From contig NC_042997.1 of assembly GCF_006345805.1 (NCBI RefSeq), forward strand, positions 172,112,001 through 172,176,000: a stretch of 64,000 nt of DNA, given 5' to 3'. Positions within the stretch are counted from its first letter, which is position 1. The number at the start of each line of letters is the position of its first letter. Source of the stretch: Octopus sinensis. Its lineage: Eukaryota. Both the position numbers and the translations under genes were made by a program. The notes beneath the pieces are model-generated. The model ran no database searches. It had not been told where the DNA came from and saw nothing but the letters and a program-made list of their open reading frames with translations. Below are positions 45,835-57,816 of the stretch, piece by piece.

Positions 45835-46198
45835 CATCGTCATTGTCATCGTCGTCGTCAATCATCATTAATCATCATCAATCATCATCAATCATCATCA
45901 TCATCATTTAATGTCTGTTGTCCATGCTGGCATGGGTTTGGATAGTTTGACCGGCTAGAAGGTTGCACCACACTCCAATCTGATTTGGCATGTTTTTTTT
46001 TTTTTGACTGGATGCCCTTCCTAATGCCAACAAATCTGAGAGTGTAATGGGTTCTTTTACATGTCACTAGTACAGGTGCCATTTGCATGACGCCGGTATC
46101 TGCCATGACTGTGATTTTGCTTGGCTTGATGGGTCTTCTTCTCAAGCATGACATGATGCCAAAAGTCTTGGTCATTGTCTCCGTGAGGCCCAACACTA
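45835..46198 (-). mobile_element. RTE 3' fragment (further subfamily)
   Basis: ORF-end remnant [10 protein letters not shown]...LEKKT, conserved box and (CAT)n tail. Confidence 0.8.
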
Positions 46199-46344
46199 TA
46201 TAAAGATAAATATAGATATAGATATATGTATGTATGTAGGTATGTATGTATGTATGTATATGTATGTATGTATGTATGCATATATATATGTATGCATATG
46301 TATGCATGTATGTATGTATGTATATATGTATATATGTATGTATA

Positions 46345-46533
46345 TGTTGTCATGTTAGTGCCACATAAAAAAAGCACCCAGTACACTCTGTGGAGTGGTT
46401 GGCATTAGGAAGTGCATCCAGCTATAGAAATCATGCTAGAAAATACAAGGGAGTTTGGTGCAGCCCCTGGCCTTACCAGCTCCAGCCAATTGTCCAATCT
46501 ATGCTAGGATGGAAAATGGATGTTAAATGATGA
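46345..46533 (+). mobile_element. RTE 3' tail fragment
   Basis: GGCATTAGGAAGTGCATCCAGC box and GATGTTAAATGATGAT end. Confidence 0.7.
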
Positions 46534-46795
46534 TATAGTGTGTGTGTGTGTGTGTGTGCGTGTGTGCATATGTGTGCACGCATGCACATGTATGTGTGTG
46601 CATATGATTACACCTCACTTGCTTTGTGGAGTAAAAAAGGGTTAAGTGAAAATCTAATAAAAGTTAGGGATGGGCAGAGCATCCCTCTTCAATAACATAT
46701 CAGTTTTACCATGCAAACATTACAAAATAGGCATAAAATAAACACTTAAACAGATATTTTGTGTATGCACACACACACACACACACACACACATA

Positions 46796-47671
46796 CAGTA
46801 TGTGATGGGTAAATTATTGCCATTTTATATTTTTAATTTTACACATGCACATTGTTTGTTTGGGATTTTGTCAACTACATAGTATTGTAGGGTCAGTTGG
46901 GCACCATCTGTGAAAAAAACAGCACCATGATGCAATTCACACTGCCAGAAATTTGGCAACGTCATGCTGCACTGCTTGGCATTCAAGCTGGAAACTCCAA
47001 TACAAACATTACTGAGTGTTTGGGCCTCAATCTGAAGACAAGTACCAAAAGTGATAAAAATCAAACATCCAGCCAACGTCATGGTGTTTGGAGTGATCAC
47101 TAGTGATGACAACATTCTTCCACTTATCTTCCCACACAACCGCAGACTCAATACAGAGATCTACATCAAGTGCCTGGAGGCAGTAGTGCTGCGCTGGGTG
47201 AAGAAGGTGGCTGCTGGAACACCTTATGCTTGGCAACAGGACTCTGCACCATGCCATACAAGCCGAAGAATCCAGTTATGGCTGTCAGACAATTTCTGCA
47301 ACCACATCACCCCTAACATCTGGCCACCTAACTCCCCAGACTGCAGCCCCTTTGATTATTATGTGTGGGTTGCAGTTGAGCGAGAGACCAACAAAACTCC
47401 TTGTAACACCAAAGATAAACTGAAGGCAAGGATTATGGCCACATTCACCAACTGAAACAAAGAGACCACCCAGAAGAGTTGCAGGAGATTCTGAAGTTGT
47501 CTGAAGGCTGTGGTTGGAGCCAGTGACGATTTTATTGAATAAATCTACTCTTTAGTATTTTGAGATATTTCTATGTAATTTTGGTAAATATATCCATTAA
47601 AATGAGATGTCAGTGTTATTTTCATTTTCATTTTTATGTAATTTAGTTGACAGTTTATTCATTACACCCTG
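46796..47671 (+). mobile_element. Internally deleted maT (DD37D) transposon
   Basis: TA|CAGTATGTGATGGGTAAATT ... ATTACACCCTG|TA. There are 37 residues between the D of QQDSAPCH and the D of SPFDYYVW. Confidence 0.88.
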
Positions 47672-48009
47672 TATATATGCTTATATATCACTTTACCTCA
47701 TTAACACTAGGATATTGACACTCTCATGATAGATCTTTCCTAGTCCAGGATTTGTTGTATTCGGAAAAACAAATTGGATTAGCTTCCAGTTTCCAGCTCA
47801 AGAGCATCATGATGACTTTGAATTATTACCCGAAGGTAACCAAACATTGCTTTGTTAATCAACAGTGTTAGTGTTTACAGAGATAACTGAGAGTTTTGTC
47901 TGTAAGCAAATTGAAATAGCTTTCACAGTGCACAAATTCTTCAATATTCTTGTAGGTGATCCATAATCCATCATTTTAGCACAAGTATGTGCTGCTATGA
48001 ATCTAGTAT

Positions 48010-48190
48010 CTATTCATCTATGTCAACATATATGTACGTGTGTGTGTATACACATACATACATATACACATACATACACACATATACAGATGATAGATAG
48101 ACAGATAGATAGATAGATAAATAAACAGATAGATTGATAGATAGATAGATAGATTGATAGATAGATAGATACATATATACATACATACAT
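48010..48190. repeat. (ATAG)n/(TACA)n microsatellite
   Basis: Visible directly in the sequence. Confidence 0.9.
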
Positions 48191-48745
48191 GTTGGCTGCC
48201 CCCTTGTTATTGAGTATGGCCATTGCACGAAGCTTAATCAATGTTGTTATTGTGCAATGCCTGTGCAAGAAGATTTTTTTTAAAGTGAGGAAAAGCTGTG
48301 CTCTGAGTCAATCCCACTCACTAAGCAACAGCAGCCATAATCCGAAAAGAACAAGTCAACATCATCGGTAACCACTGATCCACAGGTTTTATGTCGGAGT
48401 TATCCCAGTTACCTGAGTTACCTTCTCCTAGAAGGATGCCCTAACAAAGGCTAGGAGTCCTTCACTCCCAATGGTTTAACCGTGCGATCGGGTATTTAGT
48501 CCGATTATTTCTATGTCCCCACACATGATACAGCCTTAAGACATTTATTGGATGGCCGTTGACTTTCAAGAGTTCCTCCGCCCTTTGACGGGTTTTGTTT
48601 TTCATCCCGCAGGGTGACCAATAAACACCCTCCTCACCAAGCAAGCTTGGTGGGGTTGCCAGTTTAGTCACCGACGACCCGACCATGCAACAGGTTGTAC
48701 TGGGTTATATGTTATCAGTAGCACTCAAAAGTGACCTGAGATAAA
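48191..48745 (-). mobile_element. Short RTE-5'-UTR-like non-autonomous element embedded in (TACA)n
   Basis: The minus strand has GGCATCCTTCTAGGAGAAGGTAACTC, resembling the RTE 5' UTR motif as I recall it. It has (TATG)n on both sides and no RT sequence. Confidence 0.5.
48659..48716 (-). ncRNA. Candidate HDV-like ribozyme
   Basis: GAUAACAU-AUAAC-CCAGU-ACA-ACCUGU-UGC-AUGGUC-GG-G-UCG UCGG UGA-CUAA-ACUGG fits the P1/P2/P3/P1.1/P4 order. P1 has a bulge and P3 has one mismatch. Confidence 0.45.
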
Positions 48746-48747
48746 GA

Positions 48748-48827
48748 TACATACATATATACATACATACATACATACATATATACATACATACATACAT
48801 ACATACATACATACATACATACATACA

Positions 48828-48861
<34 letters not shown>

Positions 48862-48890
48862 CATACATACGTATATACATACATATATTG
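48748..48890. repeat. (TACA)n microsatellite
   Basis: Visible directly in the sequence. Confidence 0.95.
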
Positions 48891-49340
48891 TTTACATATT
48901 AATTGACCAGTTGGAAGACAGATATGCATCTGCCACTAAGTCTGATGAGCCATCTATAAGGCCTAGTGCTTTATGGATGTGAAGCCATTGGTCACTCTAT
49001 GGCCGGACATATATTTAACTATTTGTAAATACTTTACTGCTCTATTCTTTAGAGTATGCTTCTTTTTTGGCTATATGATTCACTGATTATATATCTGGCT
49101 ACCTCACATTATATAAAGGTGAGTGAGGGTAATTGGGAAGGAGATAAAGATGGTAGCGTTGGGTTGCTAATATTACATATACATTAGTACTTTGGTTTCC
49201 AAACAACTCTGGTCATGAATAAATTGAGCTTTATCTCCTGTCTTTCTCATATTCATTTAATACAGCAGTACCTCAGTTTATGAATGCCTCTGATCACAAA
49301 TAAATCATGCTTTATATATATATATATATATATGTATGTA

Positions 49341-49560
49341 TATATGTCTTTCAAAATGTGACCTTGTGTGGACCGTTGGCGATTTTTTTTCCTCTGTCTT
49401 CCCTTCTCTGGATCTTTCCTTCTCCTATGTTTCCGACGAAGAGCTCCGCTTGAAACGTTAAACCCTCCTTCTTTCCTTCTTTCCTGAGCGTCCAATAATA
49501 CTATATTTGTTCCACGTCCTCGCGTTGTTGTGTTTTTTTGTGTTTTTTGTTTGGATTAAC
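49341..49560 (+). mobile_element. Hammerhead-bearing short element between (TA)n tracts (Penelope-like terminal remnant suspected)
   Basis: Flanked by (TA)n, with a homolog at 1-60. Confidence 0.55.
49429..49463 (+). ncRNA. Minimal type I hammerhead ribozyme motif (family 2; U4C variant)
   Basis: Stem I GTTT/AAAC, core CCGACGA plus A, stem II GAGC/GCTT, then GAAACGTT with palindromic ACGT. Confidence 0.6.
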
Positions 49561-49624
49561 TATATATATATGAATGTATACACACACACACACACATACA
49601 CATATATATATATAAATATATACA

Positions 49625-50278
49625 TGGATGAGGAGAGATGTGTGAAGAAGTGCCACACCCAAACTGTTGAAGGAATCCGTGGTAGAGGTAGACCCAGGAA
49701 GAATGGGATGAGGTGGTCAAGCATGACCTTTGTACGTTGGGCCACACAGAGGCTATGACAAAAGACTGAGATTCTGGAGATATGCTGTGAATTCGAAGAC
49801 CCTACAAATGAAGTGAGTTTATGGCTCACAGGACGGCCTGCTGTGCTAACCTTGGATCGTAGAGTGAATGCTGTGCTTGAGGAGATCTATTGTGTCAAGT
49901 ACGTCAACATCAACATCAAAATAAAAATCAAATGAAAATTGTAGTTAAGATACCTGTGCCGGTGGCAAGTAAAAAGCGCCATCCGAACGTGGCTGATGCC
50001 AGCGCCGCCTAACGGGCGTCTGTGTTGGTGACATGTAAAATGCACCATTTGATCATGGCCATTTGCCAGCCTCCTCTGGCCCCTGTGCCGGTGGCATCTA
50101 AAAAGCACCCACTACATTCATGGAGTGGTTGGCGTTAGGAAGGGCATCCAGCTGTAGAAACACTGCCAGATCAGACTGGAGCCTGGCACAGCTTCCTGAC
50201 TTCCCAGACCCCGGTCGAACCATCCAACCTATGCTAGCATGGAAAACGGACGTTAAATGATGATGATGATGTTGATGA
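49625..50278 (+). mobile_element. RTE 3' fragment with RT C-terminus (same subfamily as 12781-13298)
   Basis: CVKKCHTQTVEGIRGRGRPRK, shared 3' UTR and (GAT)n tail. Confidence 0.88.
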
Positions 50279-50344
50279 TAATGATAAAGCACGATTTATT
50301 CATGATTAGAGTTGTTTGAAAACCGAGGTACTACCGTAGTTGTA

Positions 50345-50562
50345 AGATGGCAAGCTGGCAGAATTGTTAACCACACCAGGAAAAATGCTTCATGGCATTT
50401 CTTCTAACTTTATGTTCTGAGTTCAAATACCACCAGGGTTGACTTTACCTTTCGTTCTCTCAGAGTCAATACAATAAGTACCAGTAGAACACCAGGGTCA
50501 ATGTAATCAACTTATCCCTTTTCCTGAAATTGCTGGCCTTGTGCTTATAGATTTGAAATCAA
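50345..50562 (+). mobile_element. SINE family A variant
   Basis: Head GATGGCAAGCTGGCAGAATTGTT with B-box-like GAGTTCAAATAC. Confidence 0.7.
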
Positions 50563-51536
50563 TACTACATATAATTCATTTGGTAACTAATGTTTTACTA
50601 AAGACATTTTCAATTACATCTAAAATTCTATTTATTTCTATATTTGTTTTGTGTCATAACTATATATTTAAACAAACATTTTTCAGAGTGTCTTTTGGTT
50701 ACGTATTTGTGACTGCACTGGACCATACAGTGATATATTTGTTTATTTTGATGACTGAAATTCTATACTATTTACAAATGTATATGTAAATTTGAGTTTG
50801 TTATGTGACTTTGATAACTTTTTTTTTTTTCACAAAATTTAACAATCATGATACTTGTTTGACTCACAGTTTGTAGTAAAATCTTTACCAAAAAAATAAA
50901 ACAATTTCGAAATACAGCTGACTATGGTTTCAATGCAAAGCAAATACATTTCATTAAATAACTGCTAAAATATTGTGAGTTAGAGTAATAGCTCTAAGTT
51001 AAAATCAATAAGTTAAAAGCAAGTGCATACACACACGCACACACACACACACACATACATGCACCCACACATATGCACACACACACACACAGACACGTGT
51101 GTGTATGCATTCACACATACACACAAATTCAATATATTTTCATTTTCAAATGTAAATTTTTTTTTTCCCAGAATTCATTATGTTTTCATCAATTTCCTGT
51201 TTGCTATTCCGAAAATTATAGATTTGAATCACACAAATTCTTATGATTGTTGGTTTAAAAACTATTTTCAAACTTAAACAAATAATTATATTTACTTTCA
51301 TAGTAACACACATTGTTAAAGTGCAGGAAAATAACTAGTCTATGATATATCCATGATATACAGTCAAGGATATACTTTGTTTAAACTGCAAGCAATTTTC
51401 TATTAAACTACTTGAAGAATAAAGACTAGCAGTTTCTTACACTTGATCTGGAAAAAAAATTGTTCAACAAAGGAAATTTATGCTTCACTGTTGAGATGAG
51501 AATAATGTTAAAAATTATACAGACCTGCTCTTTTAC

Positions 51537-51903
51537 TCTCTTTTACTCTTTTATTTGTTTCAGTCATTTGACTGTGGCCATGCTGGAGCACCGTCTTTAG
51601 TTGAGCAAATCGACGCCAGGACTTATTCTTTGTATCGGTCTGTTTTGCCGAACTACTATGTTACAGGGACGTAAACACACCAGCATTGGTTGTCAAGCGA
51701 TATTGGAGGGACAAACACACACACACACACATATATACATATATACGACGAACTTCTTTCAGTTTCCGTCTACCAAATCCACTCACAAGGCTTTGGTCGG
51801 CCCAAAGCTATAGTAGAAGACACTTGCCCAAGGTGCCATGCAGTGGGACTGAACCCGGAACCATGTGGTTCATAAGCAAGCTACTTACCACACAGCCACT
51901 CCT
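51537..51903 (-). mobile_element. SINE family B, full length
   Basis: Matches family B. Confidence 0.85.
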
Positions 51904-51932
51904 ACGTCTCAAACATTTTCCAGAAAACTGAA

Positions 51933-52105
51933 TATTTTATTTTATAATTAGGCACAGGCATGGCTTTATGGTAAAAAACTTGCTTCCCAACAACCTGATT
52001 CTTGGTTCAGTCCCACTGCAAGGCACCTTGGGCAAGTGTCTTCTACTACAGCCTCAGGCTGACTAAAGCCTTGCAAGTGGGTTAGGTAGAAAGAAATTAA
52101 AAGAA
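51933..52105 (+). mobile_element. SINE family B, 5' half
   Basis: Head and core domain, facing away from the preceding copy. Confidence 0.7.
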
Positions 52106-52123
52106 ACCTAGTGATAATATATA

Positions 52124-52776
52124 CAGGGTGCAGTGAACAAACTGTCATCTAAATTACACAAATATGAAAATAACACAAGGAGTTTTGTTGGTCTCTCACT
52201 CAACTGCACCCCACACGTGATAATCAAGAGGGTTGCAGTCTGGGGAGTTAGGTGGCCAGATGTTAGGGGTGAAATAGTTGCAGAAATTTTCTGACAGCCA
52301 TGACTGGATTCTCCTGCTTGTGTTGCATGGTGCAGAGTCCTGTTGCCAGACATAGGGTCTTTCAGTAGCCATCCTCTTCATCCAGGACAGTATTACCTCA
52401 TCCAGACACTTGATGTAGGCCTCCATATTGAATCTGAGGCAGTGTGAGAAGATGAATGAAGGCATAATGTTGTCATCACTAGTGATCACTCCAAACACCA
52501 TGATGTTGACTGGATGTTTGATTTTTATCACTTTTGGTACATGTTTGTATTGGGGTTTTTGGCACTTCATGTTGGAGCTTCCGGCTTGAATGCCAAGCAG
52601 TACAGCATGTCATTTACAAATTTCTGGCAGAGTGAATTATGTCATGGTGCTGTTTTTCTCACAGATGGTGCCCAACCGACTCTACTATACTGTGTTGTCG
52701 GCAAAATCAAAAACAAATAATGTGCCTGCATGAAATTAAAAATATAAAATGGTGACAATTTACCCATTACACCTTG
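52124..52776 (-). mobile_element. Internally deleted maT (DD37D) transposon, same family as 46796-47671
   Basis: TA|CAGGGTGCAGTGAACAAACTGTC ... TTACCCATTACACCTTG|TA, with YVWQQDSAPCN...WPPNSPDCNPLDYHVW. Confidence 0.88.
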
Positions 52777-53027
52777 TATGTATATACCTGCATGTGCATG
52801 TCTTAGAGTCTGTGATTGTCCCCCACCACTACTTGACAATCTGTGATGGTTTGTTTACATTTCTATAACTTGGCAGTTTGGCAAAAAGAGACTGATAGAA
52901 TAAGTACCAGTCTTTAAAAAAAGGTTAATTACTGGGGTTGATTCATTTGAATAAATGTCCCTGAAGCCACATTTTTCACTTCACCATATATGCATTTCTT
53001 TCACTCCAACAAATATGCATTTCTTAT

Positions 53028-53255
53028 GGAGACACATGGCTTAGTTGTTAGGGTATTGGACTCATGATCATAAGATTGTGGTTTCGATTCCTGGAACGGG
53101 CGATGCATAGTATTCTTGAGCAAAACACTTCACTTCACGTTGCTCCAGTCCATTCAACTGGCAAAAGTAAGTTATCCTGTGATGGACTGGCATCCCATCC
53201 AGGGAGGAATGTATACACCAGAGAAACCAAGAAACCAGCCCTACACTCCTTACAG
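53028..53255 (+). mobile_element. SINE family D with a V-SINE-like domain
   Basis: tRNA head with GGTTTCGATTCC and the domain CCTGTGATGGACTGGCATCCCATCCAGGG. Confidence 0.75.
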
Positions 53256-53299
53256 AGTAATGTGGACTAACCATATTCTTTTATTCTGTTATTCTTTTA

Positions 53300-53552
53300 A
53301 TTACATTATTTACATTTGATGGATATTTGTCCTCATCTTGTTGTTAACACAATGTTTCGGTTGATATACCCTCCAGCCTTCATCAGGTGTCTTAGAGAAA
53401 TTCCCCCAAGACACCTGATGAAGGCTGGAGGGTATATCAGCCAAAACGTTGTGTTAACAACGAACAAGATGAGGTCAAATATCCATCAAATGTAAATAAT
53501 GTAAATAATGTAAATAATATACATAGTTCCTCATTTCTTAGATATAGAACTG
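53300..53552. mobile_element. Head-to-head inverted pair of hammerhead family 1 segments with a one-sided tail
   Basis: 10-bp TSD TATTCTTTTA (53290-53299 and 53553-53562). HHRs at 53346-53391 (-) and 53410-53455 (+). The tail CATAGTTCCTC...ATAGAACTG is on the + arm only. Confidence 0.8.
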
Positions 53553-53554
53553 TA

Positions 53555-53760
53555 TTCTTTTATTTGTTTCAGTCATCTGACTGCAGCCACGCTGGAGCAC
53601 CATCTTTAATGGTTTCAGTTGAACAAATCAACTCCAGGACTTATTTTGAAAGCCTAGTACTTATTGTATCGAACTCTTTTGCCAAACCACTAAGTTAGAG
53701 GGACATAAACACACCAGTACCAGTTGTCAAACGGCAATAGGGAGGCAAACACAAAGACAC
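53555..53760 (-). mobile_element. SINE family B, 3' half
   Basis: Matches the family B tail. Confidence 0.65.
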
Positions 53761-53777
53761 ACTGACATAGACATATA

Positions 53778-54520
53778 CATTTTCATCATCCTCATTTAAC
53801 GGCCATTTGCCATGCTGGCATGGGTTAGACAGTTTGGCTGGAGCTGATGAGCTGGTGAGCTGCACCAGGTTCCAGTCTGATTTGGCATGGTTTCTACAGC
53901 TGGAGACCCTTCTTAACACCAAACTCTCCATGAGTGTAATAGGTGGTTTTATGTGCCACCAGCATGGGTACCATTTACATGATACCAGCAACGACCATGA
54001 CTACAATTCATTTGCAAGACTCTGGCAGCGACCCTGACAATTAATGAGTGCCATCTACATGGCACTGGCAATGATGAAAACCAACGACCATGATTCCCAA
54101 GGGGCCAATTTACATAGTACCATCGATGACCATGACTACAAAGCACAAGTGTCCTTTACATGGCACTGGCAATGACGAAAACCAACGACCATGATTCCCA
54201 AGGGGCCAATTTACATAGTACCATCGATGACCATGACTACAAAGCACAAGTGTCCTTTACATGGCACCAGCATTGACTACAACAATTCACAGGTGCCATT
54301 TACATAGTACCATCAATGACATGACTATGATGTACAGGTATCATTTACATGGCACCAGCAGTGAAAAAACACGTGGCACCAGCAGCAAACGACCGCAATT
54401 ACGATTCATGGGTGTCATTTACATGACACTGGCACGGCCACAACTACGATTTCACTTGACCTGAAATGTCTTCTCCCACACAGCATATCGCCAGAGCTAT
54501 CCATGAGACCCATGACAGCC
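53778..54520 (-). mobile_element. RTE 3' fragment with a modular repeat array (101-bp tandem duplication)
   Basis: ORF-end remnant LWRYAVWEKT, repeat starts at 54057, 54158 and 54259, and the conserved box. Confidence 0.75.
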
Positions 54521-54536
54521 TTTTTTCAGTTTCTTA

Positions 54537-54768
54537 TTTCTTTACTGTCCACAAGGGGCTAAACATAGAGGGGACAAACAAGGACAAACAAATGGATTAA
54601 GTCGATTACATCGACCCCAGTGCGTAACTGGTACTTAATTTATCAACCCCGGAAGGATGAAAGGCAAAGTCGATCTCAGCAGAATTTGAACTCAGAATGT
54701 AACAGCAGACGAAATACCGCTAAGCATTCCACCCAGCATGCTAACATTTCAGCCAGCTCACCACCTTT
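54537..54768 (-). mobile_element. SINE family A, full length
   Basis: Matches family A. Confidence 0.85.
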
Positions 54769-55019
54769 AGCCTTCTTTCAGATTCTGTCTACCAAATCTA
54801 CTCACAAGTCTTTCATTGTCACAAGGATATATTAGAAAACACTTGCCCAAGGTGCCATGCAGTGAGATTGAACCAGGAACCAAATGGTCAGGAAGCAAGC
54901 CTCTTACCACTCAACAACACCTGCACCTATTTTCATTTATTGGCATATACATGGAATATTTCAGTAATAGAATGTCAACTCTATTTGTTCTTAAATGTCA
55001 TCGCAATAGTTTTTCGCTG

Positions 55020-55400
55020 TGACTTTTGAGAGCAGTGAAAGTACTCTGGTTTCAATGTCAGTGTTATATAATGGACTGGGCTGCTATCTCATTTTGTATT
55101 GTCCTACTACTTTTATGACGGTTATTATTTATTAATGGTGGGTATTTAATATTTCCCTAATAGCAATTTGATTTCAGTGTCTTGTTATGGTGCAACATAG
55201 ATCAGTTAAAAGTGAATTTTCTGATAAAGAACTTATTGATTTTTGAGAAGGACTTCTTGATGATTAGGAATACATTTTGCATGATGTTAGATGGGTCCAT
55301 CTGGATATAAGATGAGGTGCAGCTCATATGTTACTCAGATTAAGTTACATGCCAAGCAAGTTTATTGCTGTAAGGTTGTAAGAACTTCCGTCTCTCTTAC
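55020..55400 (-). mobile_element. Possible degenerate Penelope-like thumb/linker fragment
   Basis: PSNIMQNV..I (HPP.I.KNIP-like), HNKTLKSNCY*GNIKY (YN.ALK.SGY.E..KY-like) and SPLYNTDIET (NPPY..NV.T-like). Confidence 0.35.
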
Positions 55401-55619
55401 AAACACTTACCAAGTGATCATGTAATGTTATTCACTATTCAATAGTAACAAAGTAAAAGTAAACTACAGCTGCACAAAGACCATGTTAAATGTCACCAAA
55501 ACTCACAATGCAAATATTTTGCAAAGAAATCAAGAGCAAAAAGAATCAATATGCAAAGGCCAAAATGTGAAACCTTGTCTCTTGACTGACAATGTTTTGT
55601 AAAGAGTATTTCATATTGC

Positions 55620-55968
55620 GCTGTAAAGTAGCGTAAAGACCCCCTTTTGTTATGAATGACCATGGGATTGCATCTAGAAAGTTCCCCTCCAAGGCACAAG
55701 TACAGGCAAGGTTGTTTTTATGGAAGACCAGCAGTCATCCATGCAAACTAGTCTCCCTTATCCATGCCCCCTATGGTATGCAAGGGAAAGGCAAAGGCTG
55801 GCAAAGCTTGGTTCCAGTGACGTCACAACTCATTTCTACAACTGAGTGAATTAGAGCAATGTGAAATAAAGTGTCTTGCTCAAGAACACAGCACACAGCC
55901 CTAACCTTGAATTGAACTCACTACCTCATGATTGTAAGCTTGATGTTCTAAATACTGAGCCATGAACC
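55620..55968 (-). mobile_element. SINE family D-related copy with a different 3' part
   Basis: The minus strand has a tRNA-like head followed by GTGTTCTTGAGCAAGACACTTTATTTCAC. Confidence 0.6.
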
Positions 55969-56080
55969 TTGCATTGATTTCTCCCAAAATAATACCTTAT
56001 ACAAGAACTATCCAAAATTTCCTGCAGCAGAGTAACTCACCATTCTATTATGGAAAACAGGACAGTGCTGTCCAAATATA

Positions 56081-56468
56081 TCTTTATATATAAAAGTAAG
56101 GTTGTGTGTCTGTCTCCTACGATTTAGATTCCTAACTACTCCCACATTTTGCGGTGCAGTTTAACCAAAAGCAGGTATCTTATAGTCGTGATTCATATCG
56201 AGCCCTTCTGGGTCTACGATGAGTCTACGATTTTAAAAATAATTTACCATCATTTTTTTCCATTTTAATGCATTTTTTAGGTATTATATAAGGGAAGTAA
56301 CCCTCTAAAAATGTCTACGATGAGTCAACGATTTAAAAAAAAATTTACCATAATTTTTTTTTCCCATTTTTAATGCATTTTTTTGCTATTTTTTTGGCTA
56401 TAACTCTCTAAAAATGCTTTATAGTTATTTCCCTTACAAACCTGAGCAACGCCGGGCGATACTGCTAG
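56081..56468 (+). mobile_element. Non-autonomous Helitron
   Basis: A|TCTTTATATAT start, subterminal hairpin CC(T)GAGCAACGCCGGG and CTAG|T end, with no TSD and an internal duplication of about 100 bp. Confidence 0.8.
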
Positions 56469-56729
56469 TTTGAAAATAAAAACAGAATGGAATAACCACA
56501 TGTAATACAAGTACAGGTATTACAAATCATCATACTTTGGTCTTCCTCTTAAAGAAAGTTATAAACTACAAGTTGGCAATAAACCCACCCAATAGGGTTG
56601 TGAAAGCCCTTCCCCACTGTATGATTTAGAGTCATTTTGGGGTGGATTCTAGAATGTAGACAAACAACACAACTGAGGTGCATGTGACCTGATGAGCTAC
56701 AGAGTGAGCACTGAAATTATGATTATTGT

Positions 56730-57010
56730 CCGTTGCCAGCCTCGCCTGGCCCTCGTGCCGGTGGCACATAAAAAGCACCATCCGTTCGTGGCCGTTTGCC
56801 AGCTCTGTCTGGCACCAGTGCGGGTGGCACATAAAAAGCACCCACTACACTCACGGAGTGGTTGGCGTTAGGAAGGGCATCCAGCCGTAGAAACACTGCC
56901 AGATTTGACTGGGCCTGATGAAGCCTTCTGGCTTCACAGACCCCAGTAGAACCGTCCAACCCATGCTAGCATGGAAAACGGACGCTAAACGATGATGATG
57001 ATGATGATGA
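56730..57010 (+). mobile_element. RTE 3' tail fragment
   Basis: GGTGGCACATAAAAAGCAC repeats, conserved box and (GAT)n tail. Confidence 0.85.
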
Positions 57011-57357
57011 ATCAGGTAACTCTCCTGTTAGTTGTTGCAAAACTACTGAATGGAAAATCACCTGGGAGGGGAGTTGATAGTTAGTTATTGGTATAGAAAG
57101 CTCATGTTCTACAGGGCAACCTTTGTAAACCTGTTCAAAAGAACAAGAAATACTGATGTATCAGGCTGGTTGACAGTTACATATACAACACAAGCAACTA
57201 AAAACCAGGAGACACATGTGACCAAAAGCTACAGACCAAGAGCACGTCCAAATTAAATGTATAAATTCTTTCTACTATAGGCGGTGAGCTGGTAGCAACG
57301 TTAGCGCACCAGGTGAAATACTTAACAGTATTTTGCCTGTGTTAACATTTTGATATA

Positions 57358-57532
57358 GGTGTAGGAGTGGGTGTGTGGTAAGAAGCTTGCTTACCAACCA
57401 CATGGATCCAGGTTCAGTCCCACAGTATGGCACCTTGGGCAAGTGTCTTCTACTATAGCCTCGGGCCGACCAAAGCCTTGTGAGTGGATTTGGTAGACAG
57501 AAACTGAAAGAGGCTTGTCATATATATGTATA

Positions 57533-57568
<36 letters not shown>

Positions 57569-57816
57569 TGTATGTATGTATGTATGTATGTACGTATGTG
57601 TGTGTGTGTATAGGTTTGTGTGTCTGTGTTTGTTCCCCCAACATCGCTTGACAACTGATGCTGGTGTGCTTACATCCCCGTAACTTAGCGGTTCAGCAAA
57701 AGAGACTGATAGAATAAGTACTAGGCTTACAAAGAATAAGTCTGGGGTCGATTTGCTCAACTAAAGGCGGTGCTCCAGCATGGCCACAGTTAAATGACTG
57801 AAACAAGTAAAAGAGT
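57358..57816 (+). mobile_element. SINE family B, full length with expanded (TATG)n
   Basis: Matches family B. Confidence 0.85.

Noticed and set aside
48941-48970. CTGATGA-GCC..GGC motif (similar partial motifs at 56686 and 60727)
   Set aside because: GAAA does not follow helix II directly; at most these are decayed remnants.
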